Assembly (NCBI GenBank): GCA_951406725.2
Contig: OX597814.1
Span: 100,068,001 to 100,132,000, forward strand
Origin: Octopus vulgaris
Lineage: Eukaryota
Direction: 5' to 3'
Length of the DNA stretch: 64,000 nt
Below the pieces are notes generated by a model. That model was given only the letters and a program-made list of their open reading frames with translations. It made no database searches and had not been told where the DNA came from. Position numbers and translations under genes: made by a program. Positions 15,597 to 30,198 of this stretch are shown here, piece by piece; the first letter of the stretch is position 1, and each line of letters opens with the position of its first letter.

Positions 15597-16084
15597 GTAT
15601 AATTATTTATTTCCACTTTGATATATATAAGCGGTGTGTGTATTTATAGATGTTTGGCATGAAATATGAATTATAAGATCAGGAGGTCAACATGAAGTTT
15701 GGTTAAAGAATGAAATATGGTTGAGGCCAACTAAATATTCTATAGAACGTCTGTATTTTGACTAGCTGATAATTAGAAGTGCAAAATTCAAAATCAAGAC
15801 ATTGAACACAAGCGTACATACATACTTTCAAACAAACGAAGTATTTATTAGTGGTAGAACATATCTTAAAGACATTGAAGCGTACGCACAGACGTTCAGT
15901 AAGTAAAGAGACACACACAGATGCGCACGCGCACTCTCACATATTATGCAAACCGTTCAACACATTGACTTTTGCTGCATCCTATTGTCTAGGTGTACCA
16001 CCGACGACGTTTTACTCGCTTGATTGCCTTACCAATGGCACCAGCACAAGTTTTATCATGCCACAACCTTGATTTCATTCGCTC

Positions 16085-16173
<89 letters not shown>

Positions 16174-16444
16174 ACACACACACACATAAACATATACACG
16201 CACAGAATACGGACGCATGCACACGTATACATATATATGCATGTATACATGTACACATATGTATTTATACATACTTGTATATATAAAAAGATGGACAGAT
16301 AAATAGATACGTACATACATACATAAATACATATAAACATACATATAATGCAATGTGTCCTTGCGTGTGATGTTTGTAGCTATCCTTAGGATGGATGTGC
16401 ATTTATTTCCTACAGTGTATGTACGCTTGTGTACAATGTCTTAT

Positions 16445-16504
<60 letters not shown>

Positions 16505-16546
16505 TTAATAAATCTCCGAACGAGATGTAAACAGTAACCGCTCGAC

Positions 16547-16861
16547 AACGTAAAAGTGTACTAGCCATCTGAATGTGGCTAGCCACTGGGGGTGGGTGTT
16601 ACTGACGCTTTTAGCCCCAGGAGATCGACGTCTCCAGCTGGCCTTAGACACAATTTCTGTGTCCTTATGATATTTGCAAAGGGAGGTCCGTATGTATCAC
16701 TTAGGTTTTCGAGGGAGGATGACCTCCCTTTGCAAATATCATAAGGACACAGAAATTGTGTATAAGGCCAGCTGGAGACGTCGATCTCCTGGGGCAAAAA
16801 GCGTCAGTAACACCCACCCCCAGTGGCTAGCCACATTCAGATGGCTAGTACACTTTACGTT
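16547..16861. repeat. Near-perfect foldback: ~141-bp arms (16547-16688 / 16721-16861), 32-nt loop, in TA tract
   Basis: Arms differ by two substitutions and one 1-nt indel by eye. Confidence 0.95.
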
Positions 16862-16950
16862 ATATAATTATTATTATTATTATTATATATCTATATATAT
16901 AATAATATATACATACATACATACATATATATATATATATATGAGTTATC

Positions 16951-17217
16951 GAGTTAGAAAACAAAAAGCTCTAATGGATACAAATTAATTTATTAGCTGA
17001 TCAATATACTCACCTACAATTGTTTCATTTCACAAACAAAATTAAAATTACAAAACATATATAAATATATAATTTCGCAACTTATTTAAAATGCAAAATT
17101 GCAAATTTGTATATGTTTTGTAATTATAATTTTGTATGTGAAATTAAACAGTTGTAGGCGAATATGTTGATTGATTAATAAATTAATTTGTATCCGCTAG
17201 ATCTGTTTTCTAACTTC
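16951..17217. repeat. Diverged AT-rich foldback (~115-bp arms) carrying a hammerhead 3' half
   Basis: GAGTTAGAAAAC..GGATACAAATTAATTTATTA vs TAATAAATTAATTTGTATCC..GTTTTCTAACTTC; minus strand of the left arm reads GAAACAATTGTA. Confidence 0.8.
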
Positions 17218-17382
17218 ATAATAAAGTTTGATATTTTACGGTATTTTACATAATATATTCATTCAAGAAATATTTCTTCAAAATATAATATATTAAACCA
17301 GTGTATCTTGGATAAATATCCCTATAAGAGGTTTAAATACCCTCATTGTGACTATCTATATATATATATATATATACATATA

Positions 17383-18587
17383 CAGGGGTTGGACAAAATA
17401 ATGAAATCACGTTAATATTTCAAACAAATTTATTTTAATATGGGGTCATTACAGCTTGAATTATGGACTTGTACAAATTTTGAATTGTTTCCAAAGGACT
17501 TTTTGCCCATTCTTCAGCAAAAAGAGTCTCCAGTTCTTGTAGTGATGATGGTGGAGGATATCGACCCCTTACTAGTTTTTCTAAAATGCACCGTAAATGT
17601 TCAATAATATTGAGATCTGGGGACTTTGGGGGCTAGATAAGATGTTCAAATTAACTAGAATGTTCCTCATGCCATTCAGTAACAATGTTACCCGTGTGAA
17701 TTGGTGCATTATCATCCTGAAAGATTGCGTTCCTCTCTGGAAACAGTTCAGCAAACATATGAGGAATTTGATCAGAAAAAATTCTTAAATAGTTTCTACT
17801 ATTAATTCTGCCATGAAGGGAAATCATTGGGCCGGTGGATTTCCAAGATAGAGTCCCTCGATCATCACAGATCCTCCTCCATGTTTAACAGTTGGAAGAA
17901 GGCAATGTAGGTCAAATTCTACTTTTGGATGTCTGCATACGTATACTCGGCCGGTGGTTGGAAATAAGGTAAAGGATGACTCGTCCGAGAAAATAACATT
18001 CTTCCACTGCTCTAGGGTTCAATTCTGTAGTTTTTTACTCCACTCTAAACGCTTTGCAACGTTTGTTTTTGAAAGCAGTACTTTTCTGATTGCAACCCAC
18101 CCGTGAAAGCCAGCTTTTTGCAGCTCCCGGCGAACAGTTTTTGCAGAAATTGGGTTCTCGAGGTGGTCATTAAGCTCTGCAATAATTTTGGGCGCTGTAC
18201 TTTTGCGATCATGTCTCACAATTCGCGTAAAAGTCTAAAAAGAAAGTTCCGGATTTTTATTTCGACGAGGAGGTTTTCCCATCTATCTAAAAAATTGTCA
18301 TTACTTTCGAGACAGTACTTCTTAATACACCAAACATTTCGGCTGTTTTCGTTACGCTAGCACCTGCCATACAAGCACCAACAAGATCTGTCATTTTAAT
18401 GAATTTGAAATATATTTTTTCTGATGATACCTGAAAAGAATCAGCAATTTTAGCAAAACATATTAAGCAACACTAATAGTAAATCAAAAACACAAAAATA
18501 AACATACTTTTGACGGTTTTATAGATATTTAAAAAAACATTATGATGCTATGATGTAAGGTATTTCCATTATTTTGCCCAACCCCTT
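17383..18587 (-). mobile_element. Tc1-family DNA transposon with both TIRs and a decayed transposase
   Basis: TIRs CAGGGGTTGGACAAAATAATG / CATTATTTTGCCCAACCCCTT flanked by TA; translation includes [31 protein letters not shown]. Confidence 0.92.
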
Positions 18588-19441
18588 TATATATATACTC
18601 ATAAACATATATATATACGCATATATATTAATTTACATAGTCATCCTACATACATGCATACATACAAACGTACATAAATACATACATAAATGCATACACA
18701 CACATGCATACATGCATATACACATGCACACATATACATGCATACATACACACATACACACAGATACATATACACGCATATATGCATGCATACATACACA
18801 CATGCAAAATACACGTATACAGATACATACACATACATACATTCATACATACATAAGTGCATACATGCATGCATACATACATATATACATACATACGTAC
18901 ATACATACATACATACATACATACATACATACATACATACATACATACATACATACATACATACATACGTACATACATACAAATCACCCAGAAAATGACT
19001 CACGATACATAAGACTATTTTGCAGAAAGAACTTAAAATCATGTCTCGACTGCATTAGTAAAAGAAAATATACAACATATCTGCATAAGTAAAGATGTGC
19101 TTCACTAAATATCTATGTGTATGCACGTGTTTCAATATCTCAAACTTACCATGCCTTTCAGTCTAAGCAATAAAACTGTTTATAACAGCAATGAAAGGGC
19201 CAAAAAGAATTCCAGTAGTATTAGTAATTGAAGCAATGACAAATGATCAGTCGTTTAGCGATATCATTGCTCCTATACAGAACCAATAGAAAGAACCAAC
19301 GAAATGTTACTGAAAAAAATTATTTAAATGACGGGTTCAAATTTTTGCACACTCCCAGAAGTGTTTACGTAGGTGGGCTAAATCGATGACATCGACCCCA
19401 GTTCTCACATGATACATATTTTCTCGACTTCAAAAAGATCA

Positions 19442-19487
<46 letters not shown>

Positions 19488-19488
<1 letters not shown>

Positions 19489-20286
19489 TCAAGATCAAAG
19501 CCTATTAACCCGGAACTACCAGGCCAATGTGATGAAAAATGGAGCAGACCCAAAATGCCGATTCTGCAACGACATGATTGAAATAGTGGACCACCTAATC
19601 TCTGGATGTAAAGTCTTAGCACCAGTGGAGTATAAATTAAGACATGACAGAGTTGGCCAATATCTCCACTGGCTAATAAGTCGGCATTACAATATCAAAA
19701 CTGCCGACAAGTGGTATAATCACTGAGGCTGTAACTGAAGGAGAAAATTGTAAGCATTCTGCGGGACTTTCCAGTACATACAGACCGAACCATCAAGGCC
19801 AATAAACCAGATATTGTTGTGAAAGACCAAAACAATAAAGTTTGCTTATTGATCGACATGAGCATCCCCTGTGATCATAATATCTCAGCGAAAGAGTTTG
19901 ACAAGCTCAGAAAATATAAAGACCTACTCATTGAAATTGAGAAAATGTGGCATCTCAAGGCGGTTACAATACCAGTGATCGTAGGAGCACTAGGAATGAT
20001 CAAGAAGGGAACCGAAAATTATATGAGAATGATCCCTGGCTTACCATCCCTGCAAGAAGTGCAAAAGATTGTCTTAACTGGTACATCACACGTATTGAGA
20101 AGAGCATTATCGATGTGAGAATTATTACTACCCATGTATTTTAATTTAACTTAAAAAAAAAAAAATGAACGAACTATTGAGTTTGGTTTGATGGCCTACC
20201 AGTGTGTACTATGAGTTTCTTTGCCCTAGGAGTCGGGAAGACACCCGGCAAGAAATGGAAGCAAATTTGAAAGAGGAAAAAAAGAG
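19488..20286 (+). mobile_element. 5'-truncated R4/Dong-clade LINE (zinc knuckle + RLE endonuclease + 3'UTR) in (TAA)n
   Basis: ORFs 19409-19726 (QDQ, CRFC..HLISGC, RHD) and 19819-20118 (IDMSIP, KEFDKLRKY, IPVIVGALG); TAA arrays on both sides. Confidence 0.93.
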
Positions 20287-20291
20287 TAATG

Positions 20292-20373
<82 letters not shown>

Positions 20374-20374
20374 C

Positions 20375-20414
<40 letters not shown>

Positions 20415-20417
<3 letters not shown>

Positions 20418-22320
20418 GTTCTTCTGCAATTCCTCCTGACAGTAACTTCCACATTAAGGGGAGGCAGGAATTTTGTCTGTAACTGTCAGCAGGATTTCCC
20501 TTTGATGCATCATTCAGGCACAACACCATTCGTCCTTTTGTCAACCAACCCGGAATTTCTTCTGCATCAATCAATGCATTAAATTGCTGTGCGATCAATT
20601 TATGGCAACTACTGAACTTTTTCTTTCAATCTAAAATCCAAGTATACCATCAGGCCCTGCTGCTTTCCAATGGCTTATCTTTTTCTAATACTGTTTTCTG
20701 TGAAGTGGATAGCCTCTTGCTGGGGATAAGAAGCTGTTTACTTCAGGCCGCTGAGCCATTCAGCTGTAGTATTATGTTGTTCTAGCTTACACCGTATCTT
20801 ACCATAGATAAGTCGACTTTCATCAGCATCAGCATCTTTCACGTTTTACTGCTGATATTAGAATGGAATTTGGACTCAAGAAGTGCAGAATAATCTACCT
20901 AAAAAGGGGCAAGGTAAGACCCTAGCAATGATAGAATTACCGAATAGAGACTTAATTAATCAAATTGAAACGGAAGGATACAGATACTGTGGTGTACTAG
21001 AGTTCAACGAGATAATGGAAAAGGAAATGAAAGAGCAAGTGAGGATGGAGTATTTCTGAAGACTGAGGTTGGTGTTGCGCTTAAAATTGTCTGGATGGAA
21101 TAAAACCCAAGCAGTTAATACGTCGGCGATAGCATCACTTCGGTATGGAGCAGTAATTATAAAATGGCAAAAGTGAGAAGTGATAAAATTGGATACCAAG
21201 ACCAGAAAAATGTTGACAGTACACGGAGACTTCCACGTCACAAATGACACCGATAGGCTGTACTTGGCCAGAAAAAAGGCTGGGAGAAATTTGATCAGTT
21301 ACCAAAACTGCATCGAAGCAGAGGAAAACAACTTAGGGTGGTATATAAAAAATGCCGTAGAGCCATTGTTTGAAACACACCGAGAAAGCCGGCGTCAACA
21401 AAACTGAAAATTGTATAACGAAAGAAAAATTTAAATAAGATATGGACCGAAAAAAAAAAAGAAAATAGAAAAAGCATGGAAGGAAAAATATGTACGATCA
21501 GTTTGTAAGAGATGTGAACGCGAAGTCAGATACAGGGATGAGGGGGGCTATGGATGAGGAGGAGTGACCTGAAGATAGAGACAGAGGCACTCATATGCGC
21601 AGCTCACGAACAAGCGTTAAGGATCAACTATATGAAGTGCAAAATAGACTACTGATAGCGACAAATGCAGAATGCGGAGTCCAAGGGGTGTAACGGTATG
21701 GTACAGCGTTAGCGAATGCCCGAAATTGGCACAAAGTGAATACAAAAGACGCCATGACAATATGACAAGAATGAACCATGGAGAGCTGTGTGGAAATCAA
21801 GGCCTAAAGTGAGTTATGACGTTTTATGAGAAAACTCCAGACGGAGTCGCCGAAAATGAGAATTGCAAAATCCTGTGGGAAGTAATGATCCAGTGTGATC
21901 AACTGACCAGACAAAGGAAACCGGACATCGTTGTGGTGAATAAAAACGAAAGTACATGTATGGTAACCAACATAGCATATCCCAGTGACAGCAGGATCAA
22001 TGTTAAAGAAGACAATAAAATAAACCACTATGACGATTTAAAGTGGGAAATACGAAGTTTGTGGTCAATGAAGAGCGTAGACGTGATACTAATAGCAATT
22101 GGTGCACTTGGAAGTGTCAGCAATCAACTACCGAAATGGCTGAAAAAGAGTGGTGCAAGTGTGAAGGTGGAATACCTACAAATACTAGTATTGCTTGGAA
22201 CTGAGAGAATTCTTAACAGGGTTCTTGAAGCATGACCAGTAAACAAGTGTCACCCTAGTCTACTAGCTGTGGGCAGCTGGCACTTTCCATCATAGACAGC
22301 AAAATAAGCTGTGTTTTCAC
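20415..22320 (+). mobile_element. Second R4/Dong-clade LINE with inverted 5' segment (20415-20836 minus; 20837-22320 plus)
   Basis: Minus: HNTTAEWL..WKAAGPDG..WLTKGR..CLPLMWKLLSG; plus: DIRMEFGLKKC..LDTKTRKML..RLYLARK..RRHD..RKPDIVV..IAIGALG; (TAC)n/(TAA)n after the 3' end. Confidence 0.88.
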
Positions 22321-22321
22321 A

Positions 22322-22376
<55 letters not shown>

Positions 22377-22402
22377 GCAAATAATAATAATAATAATAAG
22401 AA

Positions 22403-22444
<42 letters not shown>

Positions 22445-22493
22445 CAATAATAAAATTAATAATAATAATAATAATAATAACAACAATAATAAA

Positions 22494-22526
<33 letters not shown>

Positions 22527-22950
22527 TTGCTTGTCAGTTGTTTGACCTTAACCAGTTGAGCATGTCCCTTAGTGGCTGACGATATGTGCATCTCTGATCA
22601 CGAGCAGAAGTAGTGGGGGAGCATCATAGCCATGTGTTGAGAGGGATTCTTTGGAGTTTGAATGGTTCACCTCTGGAAACATAGGTGTTTCGTTCAACAT
22701 CCTAAAGCAACCCTTATTCAGGGACCGTTTGAGCAGGATGGGCTACTCAACCTGAAGAAAATTCTAACTGGGCCCCACCTGCAAGGTCATGTGCTGTTTA
22801 TCTTGATATGAGATCACCATGTCGTGCACATATGGTTGTGATGCATGTGCCTGGTGTACCTTTATCAGACGGGTAGTCATGATGGGTATATTGGGCTTCG
22901 TATATTTTACCCCAGTGTCACTTTGATGGCATGAACTGCTCTCTCACTCA
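22527..22950 (+). mobile_element. Non-coding insert in (TAA)n, probably the 3'UTR of another TAA-targeting LINE
   Basis: Unique ~420-bp block with TAA arrays on both sides, ending CTCTCTCACTCAATAATAA; no recognisable ORF. Confidence 0.5.
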
Positions 22951-22974
22951 ATAATAATAATAATAATAATAATA

Positions 22975-23017
<43 letters not shown>

Positions 23018-23019
<2 letters not shown>

Positions 23020-23206
23020 TTTTCTACTCGAGGCACAACACTCAAAATTTTGGGGGAGAGGGCCTGTCGATTTGATCGACCCCAGTGTACAACTGGTACA
23101 TAATTTATCAACCCCGAAAGGCTGAAGGGCAAAGTCGACCTCGGCGGAATTTGGACTCAGAACGTATAGCATTTCGCCCGGCTAACATTTCTGTCAGCTC
23201 GCCGCC

Positions 23207-23207
<1 letters not shown>
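23018..23207 (-). mobile_element. SINE family C, near full length
   Basis: Minus strand starts AAGGCGGCGAGCTGACAGAAATGTTAG (A-box), B-box-like GAGTCCAAATTCC, then GAGGTCGACTTTGCCCTTCAGCCTTTCGGGG. Confidence 0.85.
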
Positions 23208-23285
<78 letters not shown>

Positions 23286-23317
23286 CAACATTAATAATAA
23301 TAACAACAACATTAACA

Positions 23318-23348
<31 letters not shown>

Positions 23349-23954
23349 CGATGGTGATGAGGATGATGATGATGATGGAAGTTTTTGGCACAAGGTCCAC
23401 AATTTCAGGGAGGATATGAATGGCAAAGTAGACCTCAGCAAAATTTGATGTACGAAATCATAGAAAAAATGTAACACGCCATGTGGAAATGGGAAATATC
23501 AGAATAATTCGTGCAGTGATTTAATAAAATACAAAAAAAAAAAAAACCCAAAAAACATCCAAGTAGTTAATAAGTTCGATTTGCAATCATGAAGTCGCGA
23601 GTTCGTATAGAATGCTGGTCGTGTATTTTGCCAATCGACTCAAACTTCGGAAATTGAATTAATTAGACAAAACCTGTCAGTAATCCGATTAGATATACTT
23701 GTGCCTATAACTGCAAGTGTTGACCGTGTCACACTGTGACATTAATGGTATGTAAGTGTCGAAGTGATCATAAAGCAACGTGAGATGAAGTGTATTGCTC
23801 AAGAACACAACGCACTACCTGATTTAGGAATTGAAATCACGATCGCTATATATATATATATATAGATATAGATATATATATATATATATGGTTCTAATAT
23901 ATATTTCTAATATATATTAGAACTGTATATAGTTCTAATATATATATATATATA

Positions 23955-24134
23955 TATGTTCTAATATCTACACAGCCTTGGTTTTTTTTATCTCATTACG
24001 CAAAGAATTATTATATTTATATAAAGATCTTTTGCGTTATGAGATAAAAACCAAGGCTGTGTAGATATTAGAACATTTATAGATGGAAGGTGTTACAGCT
24101 GTTTCCAGGATATTTATTAATTATATCGCTTCAT
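23955..24134 (-). mobile_element. Foldback element (~50-bp arms 23955-24006 / 24028-24075) with adjacent hammerhead motif at 24091-24134
   Basis: Minus strand: ATGA|A|GCGATAT-aattaataa-ATATCCT|G|GAAACAGCTGTA; the 5' CTG is lost at the TA tract. Confidence 0.6.
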
Positions 24135-24142
24135 ACATATAT

Positions 24143-24304
24143 AGGCGCAGGAGTGGCTGTGTGGTAAGTAGCCTGCTTACAAACCACATGGTTCTGGGTT
24201 CAGTCCCACTGCGTGGCATCTTGGTCAAGTGTCTTCTACTATAGCCTCGGGCCGACCAATGCCTTGTGAGTGGATTTGGTAGACGGAAACTGAAAGACGC
24301 CTGT

Positions 24305-24365
<61 letters not shown>

Positions 24366-24567
24366 TTGTGTGTCCCTCTAGCATTGCTTGACAACCGATG
24401 CTGTTGTGTTTACGCTCCCGTCACTTAGCGGTTCGGCAAAAGGGACCGATAGAATAAGTACTGGGCTTACACAGAATAAGTCCCGGGGTCGATTTGCTCG
24501 ATTAAAGGCGGTGCTCCTGCATGGCCGCAGTTAAATGATTGAAACAAGTAAAAGAGTAAAAGAGAGT
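24143..24567 (+). mobile_element. SINE family A, full length, with internal (TA)n(TG)n microsatellite
   Basis: A-box TGGCTGTGTGG, B-box GGTTCAGTCCC, conserved body, 3' tail GTAAAAGAGTAAAAGAG. Confidence 0.92.
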
Positions 24568-24575
24568 ATATATAT

Positions 24576-24622
<47 letters not shown>

Positions 24623-24739
24623 AGAGTCATATAGATAAACAGATAGATAGGTAGGTAGGTAGGTAGGTAGATAGACAGGTAGGCAGATAGATAGAGAGTT
24701 AGATAGATAGACAGATAGATAGTCAGACAGACAGCAGAC

Positions 24740-24815
<76 letters not shown>

Positions 24816-25104
24816 TGATACAGTTGGTGGTATAGTGTGCGACGCTACATAGGCAGTCACATTGACTTCCTTCTAGAGTACTAAGACTCTTTCTTGATCA
24901 TAAATACATTGTTGGTCTCCAGAGAAGATTAAAACTGAAATGCTGATTGCTCTGTAAGTTGCTAGCTATCATAAGTTATCAGCCACTCGCATTTTTATTA
25001 CCATATATCATTACAGACACAGATTTAATAAGAATCAGAGTTCAAGTTTATGAGACCTAACTTCTTTTTGAGAGTTTTATTTTTACATTTCTCTTTCTAT
25101 TATC

Positions 25105-25300
25105 CTTTTTCTGTTATATGTTTCGGTTATTAGAATGCAGCCATGCTGAGGTACCGCCTCCAAGAACATTGGGTTAGATGAATCGATCCCAGTACTCATT
25201 TCATTAAGCCTTGTTTTTATTCTATCGGTTTCTATATAGTTACTAGGACGTAAACGAACCAACACCGGTTATCAATAGGTAGTGGGCAACAAACACAGAT
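25105..25300 (-). mobile_element. SINE family A, 3' half (similar halves at 1-165 and 4880-5050)
   Basis: GCAGCCATGCTGAGGTACCGCC..ATTCTATCGG..ACACCGGTT is the reverse of 24390-24560. Confidence 0.7.
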
Positions 25301-25448
25301 ACAAGGACACACATATAGATACATGCATAGATACGTATATGCATATATACATGAATATATACACATATATATATCTATGTATATATATATATATATATAT
25401 TTACACATATATATATATCTATAAACATGAGTGTATATGTATATGTGT

Positions 25449-26335
<887 letters not shown>

Positions 26336-26403
26336 ATATTTATCTCACACTAGATGGAGTACTTTTTTTGTTGAATTTTCTATCTCGGAACAGTACATTA
26401 TAA

Positions 26404-26457
<54 letters not shown>

Positions 26458-26462
<5 letters not shown>

Positions 26463-26610
26463 GCACGCTTCTTTCATTTTCCGTCAACGAAGTCCACTCA
26501 CAAGGCTTTGAACGGCACGTTACCATAGTAGAAGACATTTTACACGAGGTCATAATAGAAGACAGTTCCATTTGGTTGGGAAGAAAAGTTCTTACCACAC
26601 AGACACGCCT
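26458..26610 (-). mobile_element. SINE family A, 5' half
   Basis: TCCACTCACAAGGC..ATAGTAGAAGACA..CTTACCACACAG. Confidence 0.75.
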
Positions 26611-26910
26611 GTCATAACATTATTTAAAAAAATAAAGTACAACATACAACATCCATTGGCAGCTTTTACGCTTGCATTGTTGCTTTACTTAGTAGAAGAA
26701 TAATCTAATTCTCTCCAAATCATCTGCAACTATCTTGAAAAAAATCAGATACATTTTGAATCGTATATGATCGAGAGCCTTGCTGCAGTCCTATGACTTC
26801 ACCGCATCCCTGGCAGGGTGCTTGAATGGGTGTTATGCCTTGCTAAAGGTTGTCCATAACTATGCAGGACAAAATACACACAGACCTCTCAAAATACCCG
26901 CATACCTGCA

Positions 26911-26950
26911 TACTCGTCTGATGAAGAGTCACTATGACTGAAGCTCCCTA
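26911..26950 (+). ncRNA. Degenerate hammerhead 5' half
   Basis: CTGATGA|AG|AGTC-actat-GACT|GAAG; stem III and the 3' strand of stem I are not recognisable. Confidence 0.35.
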
Positions 26951-27065
26951 TTTAAATTCATAATAATTGAATTGGATGGAGACAGAGAATCACGAAAACC
27001 TGCGAAAGCAGCAAAATAATAATAGTAATAATAATAACAATAATAACAACAACAACAACAGCAAC

Positions 27066-27118
<53 letters not shown>

Positions 27119-27258
27119 TGGTAAAACAAAACATATTCATTTATGTCGAAATATTTGTTCTATAATCAAGTATTCAATGTTAGAATTAAAAGTGAATCTA
27201 ACTCCGAACATTTTTCTATTATTTAATTATCACTCCACGACTGGATTCTTATGTAAAA

Positions 27259-27518
27259 TAATAAGTAAATGCGCCCTTTTAAAGCCTAGCCAGGCTCATG
27301 GGCCCGGTTTCCCGGTTTCTATTGTGTATGTGTTCCCCAGCTTGACGGGACGCCAGTCCATCGCAGCGTTACTCATTTTTGCCAGCTGAGTGGACTGAAG
27401 CAACGTGAAATGAAGTATTTTGTTCAAGAACACAACGCGTCGCCCGGTCCAGGAATCGAAACCACGATATTACGATCATAATGCTGACACCCTAACCACT
27501 AAGCCACACGCCTCCACC
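27259..27518 (-). mobile_element. SINE family B, full length, with TSD
   Basis: Reverse homologue of 25449-25700; TSD TTC(T/A)TATGTAAAA at 27246-27258 and 27519-27531. Confidence 0.92.
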
Positions 27519-27819
27519 TTCATATGTAAAAGGTAAGACGAAATAAAATTTCAAAAAGTATTTAAGTGAAAAAAAAATGTAATTTAATTACAATTTGAAG
27601 TTTAGTCAAATTTAATCACGAAACAAAAATACCAAAAATACAGAACAATTTCCAAACGTTCTAAAAAGAGAGGCCTTCAATTGTATCCAGAATGAAAACA
27701 CGAAAAAAAAAATTGAGATTTAAAATTAACATTGAATTTGAAATCAAAGAAAAAAATGTATCGTTATCCGGTCTATATTAGCTTGGGGCTTTTCGTTCCC
27801 ATAGTAAGGAATGAGTAGC

Positions 27820-27914
<95 letters not shown>

Positions 27915-27940
27915 GGATATATATATATATATATATATAT

Positions 27941-28034
<94 letters not shown>

Positions 28035-28115
28035 TTTATAGAATTAATAAATTAATTTACTCTGCTATGTATTGAGTACCTTATTGACTGTGGTTAACCC
28101 CGACTCAACCCGGGA

Positions 28116-28173
<58 letters not shown>

Positions 28174-28203
28174 CACATATATATACATATACATATATAA
28201 ATA

Positions 28204-28261
<58 letters not shown>

Positions 28262-29254
28262 GCATATATAAAACGAGGTTGTACCCTTTTTGGGTATATA
28301 ATGTGTAGCCATATATGTCAGCCTTTATAAAATAAACGTGATAAACTGAAAAAAGACTACAAAATTTAAAACGACTCTATTTTCTCTTGATTTAAACTAA
28401 TAGTACGTATGGATTTGTCCATAGGTTTTGCTTGATCGGAGCTGACCTGGTGTTAAACAGCTACAACAACGAAGCCATCACCACCTGCACCACCATAACA
28501 TAATAAAACAACAACAAGGATAATTTTTGCCCGACAACACATTCCAGACTACCCAGTTATGTGAATATACTGTTTCGAGTAATTATTGAAACACGAAAAA
28601 TAAGAGAAACACCTTTGTGCTGCATTGTCGGGGTATTTAAGTCATAAGTCAAGATCATTTTGCAGTAAACGATATAAGAAAAATCGTTCATCAACAGTGG
28701 CAGGAAGATTCATTAGCAAGATATCAATTCCCCATGTCAAACTAACTAAATTATCATCTAACACGTAATTGTGCCAGGAGATAATCTCACACCTATTGCA
28801 TAGTTTTAGTTTGCTGTATAGTAAAATGCAACCCTCGTTTAACAATTATCAGCTTGTTATTCCAGTAGAATCATTAATATTTATCACGTCTCTATGCCAA
28901 AATAATTCATTAACAACCAATAATGTTGATAATAAGTTGATAGTGTTACACAGTTTGAAATGTGGGAAGGAAAGACACATTGTTATTAGTTGTAGTATTA
29001 GTCATAGAAGTTCTAGTAGTATTAGCAGTATTACCAATAAGCACTATGTTGTGCGGAAGAATATCGGTACAGCACTGGATACGATAGCTTTGCGTCATTT
29101 ATTTGCGTTTCCTCTGTTTTCTTATCTTACCAAGGTCAAATTTGATTCACTAAAATACATACCAGTCAATTCTGCGGCCTTTATAATTACAGTCGTTAAT
29201 TACAGCCAAAAACAAAACAGGCCAGCCCGTGCCTGTATTAAAAATCATCATCAT

Positions 29255-30198
29255 CATCATCGTCGTCGTCGTCATCATCATCATCATCATCATCATCCAT
29301 TTCATTATTATTGAGCTTCATAAACTGGTTCTTCTAGCCCCTAGCTCTTTTCTCATATCTTCCACAAATAATCTCTCTTGCCATTCTTGGGTTCACCTTC
29401 TTCACTTTCGTACATCTACCATGAATCCATTTCCCACATTTCGTATACAACACCGTCGCACTCATCAGAAAAAGGTCAACCGCATAAGTATCTCCATTAT
29501 CAATCCCACTCTTGCACTCTTCGTCACCACATCTATCACTCTTGCAAACAACAACGGTAACAGCGCAGATCCCTGATGCACGCCAACTTTCACCGCAAAC
29601 ACCTCCGTCAGCTCGGATCCAACAATTAACTCTTGTCTTTACCCGCTTCATACAAACTCATTACTGTCGTACACATCTAATACACAACTCTTCCTCAATA
29701 CTCACTTAGTCACCTTCCTTGGAGCCCTATCAGATACCTTTTCCAGATCAACGAAGCACATGTACAACTCCTTCTTATCTTGGTATACCTCTTGCAATCT
29801 CCTTACAATGAACACTACATCTATTGTCCCCTTTCTTGGCATAAAACCAAATTGTATCTCGTCCACATCTACCGTTTTCCGAATTCTCCGACTTACCATC
29901 ATAAGGTAAGTCATGCTTGCGAGACCCAGGAGGAGGGTTTGCACCTTTCTTCTTGAAGCTGACAGGTGCAGCCCACCCCAACCTTAGGGCTGGTTGGTGC
30001 CCATGTTTTTTTGGTGTTGTCATGAGGCTTTTTCGGAGTTGGATTTTCTACGTTGTACATGCTCTTGCTTACCCGCAACCTCAGTTCCTGGACACGAGTG
30101 CTCGCGAGACCAAGGCCTCTACCATGATTTTAAAGAAATGTGGTAGCTCGGGAAGGCAAGGACGCTACTCCTTGAGATCCCTTTTGGAGCCCCCGTCC
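29255..30198 (-). mobile_element. Internally deleted RTE-clade LINE with Cys/His (PHD-like) segment and (GAT)n tail
   Basis: ORF 29702-29944 QFGFMPRKGTIDVVFIVRRLQE..FVDLEK; KCGKWIHGRC in ORF 29334-29651; GC-richer non-coding 5' part 29900-30198. Confidence 0.8.

Noticed and set aside
24143-24220. tRNA gene (also the heads at 25449 and 23207)
   Set aside because: A/B boxes are present but continue into multi-copy SINE bodies; no complete cloverleaf is evident
28769-29314. 181-aa non-repeat ORF as a host exon
   Set aside because: Non-ATG start, no recognisable motif, and it ends in the RTE tail repeat
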